Under the pieces are notes generated by a model. That model was not told the origin of the DNA, searched no databases, and saw only the letters and a program-made list of their open reading frames with translations. This document shows positions 63,921 to 64,000 of a DNA stretch of 64,000 nt, piece after piece. Source of the stretch: an uncultured Bdellovibrionales bacterium (lineage in GTDB: Bacteria > Patescibacteriota > Minisyncoccia > Moranbacterales > UBA1568); NCBI GenBank assembly GCA_964451495.1, contig CAYVHS010000001.1, positions 69,358 to 133,357 on the forward strand. Direction: 5' to 3'. A program made the position numbers and the translations under genes. Position 1 is the first letter of the stretch, and every line of letters starts with the position of its first letter.

Positions 63921-64000
63921 TTACTTCTTGCTGCGTTCGTCGAGCAGTTGCTTCATCAGCGCCTGCTGTCTGTCGAGTTGTTCCTGCTGCTTCCTGATCA
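63921..64000 (-). CDS. 3' end of a gene truncated by the window edge (coiled-coil tail)
   Basis: The minus frame reads IRKQQEQLDRQQALMKQLLDERSKK*, followed by a hairpin and U-tract at 63874-63904. Confidence 0.55.
   Translation of the reverse strand, partial: IRKQQEQLDRQQALMKQLLDERSKK

Noticed and set aside
1-64000. TGA-to-Gly recoding (code 25)
   Set aside because: Conserved genes are full-length in code 11 and many end at TGA in the expected place.

Overview
Chromosomal window from a bacterium read in genetic code 11. Gene content and the scarcity of Shine-Dalgarno sites suggest a small-genome Patescibacteria/Parcubacteria-type organism; this is inference, not a database result. Positions 1-44,100 are a very large surface-glycosylation region: nucleotide-sugar enzymes (DegT-family aminotransferase, GalE, Ugd, a WbpO/WecC-like dehydrogenase), about 12 soluble or polyprenyl-phosphate GT2/GT4-type transferases, six polytopic GT-C (ArnT/PMT-like) proteins, two O-antigen-ligase-like proteins, two flippase-type proteins and an LCP protein. 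Positions 44,100-55,600 are housekeeping genes (ctpA, solo groES, fmt, def, priA, thpR, TagA/WecB-type GT, gltX, M23 peptidase). Positions 55,600-64,000 are an accessory patchwork (GGDEF, Cas4/RecB-like nuclease, hemerythrin, HIT, orphans). Strongest leads: (i) a ~440-nt heavily base-paired RNA with its own promoter and terminator and an H-type pseudoknot at 37.47-37.92 kb, matching no housekeeping RNA signature I know; (ii) a divergent RtcB-family ligase at the end of a run of glycosyltransferase genes, with other nucleotide/phosphate-chemistry enzymes also embedded among glycan genes; (iii) a ~170-nt transcript with a perfect promoter, a strong SD, a 4-codon ORF and stacked hairpins at 51.6-51.8 kb; (iv) a GT-C cassette bracketed by an exact 45-bp duplication of the galE start; (v) several small palindromic and heptamer repeat families, some inside coding sequence; (vi) a PriA lacking its ATPase motifs. 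No tRNA, rRNA, CRISPR array or transposase was recognised.
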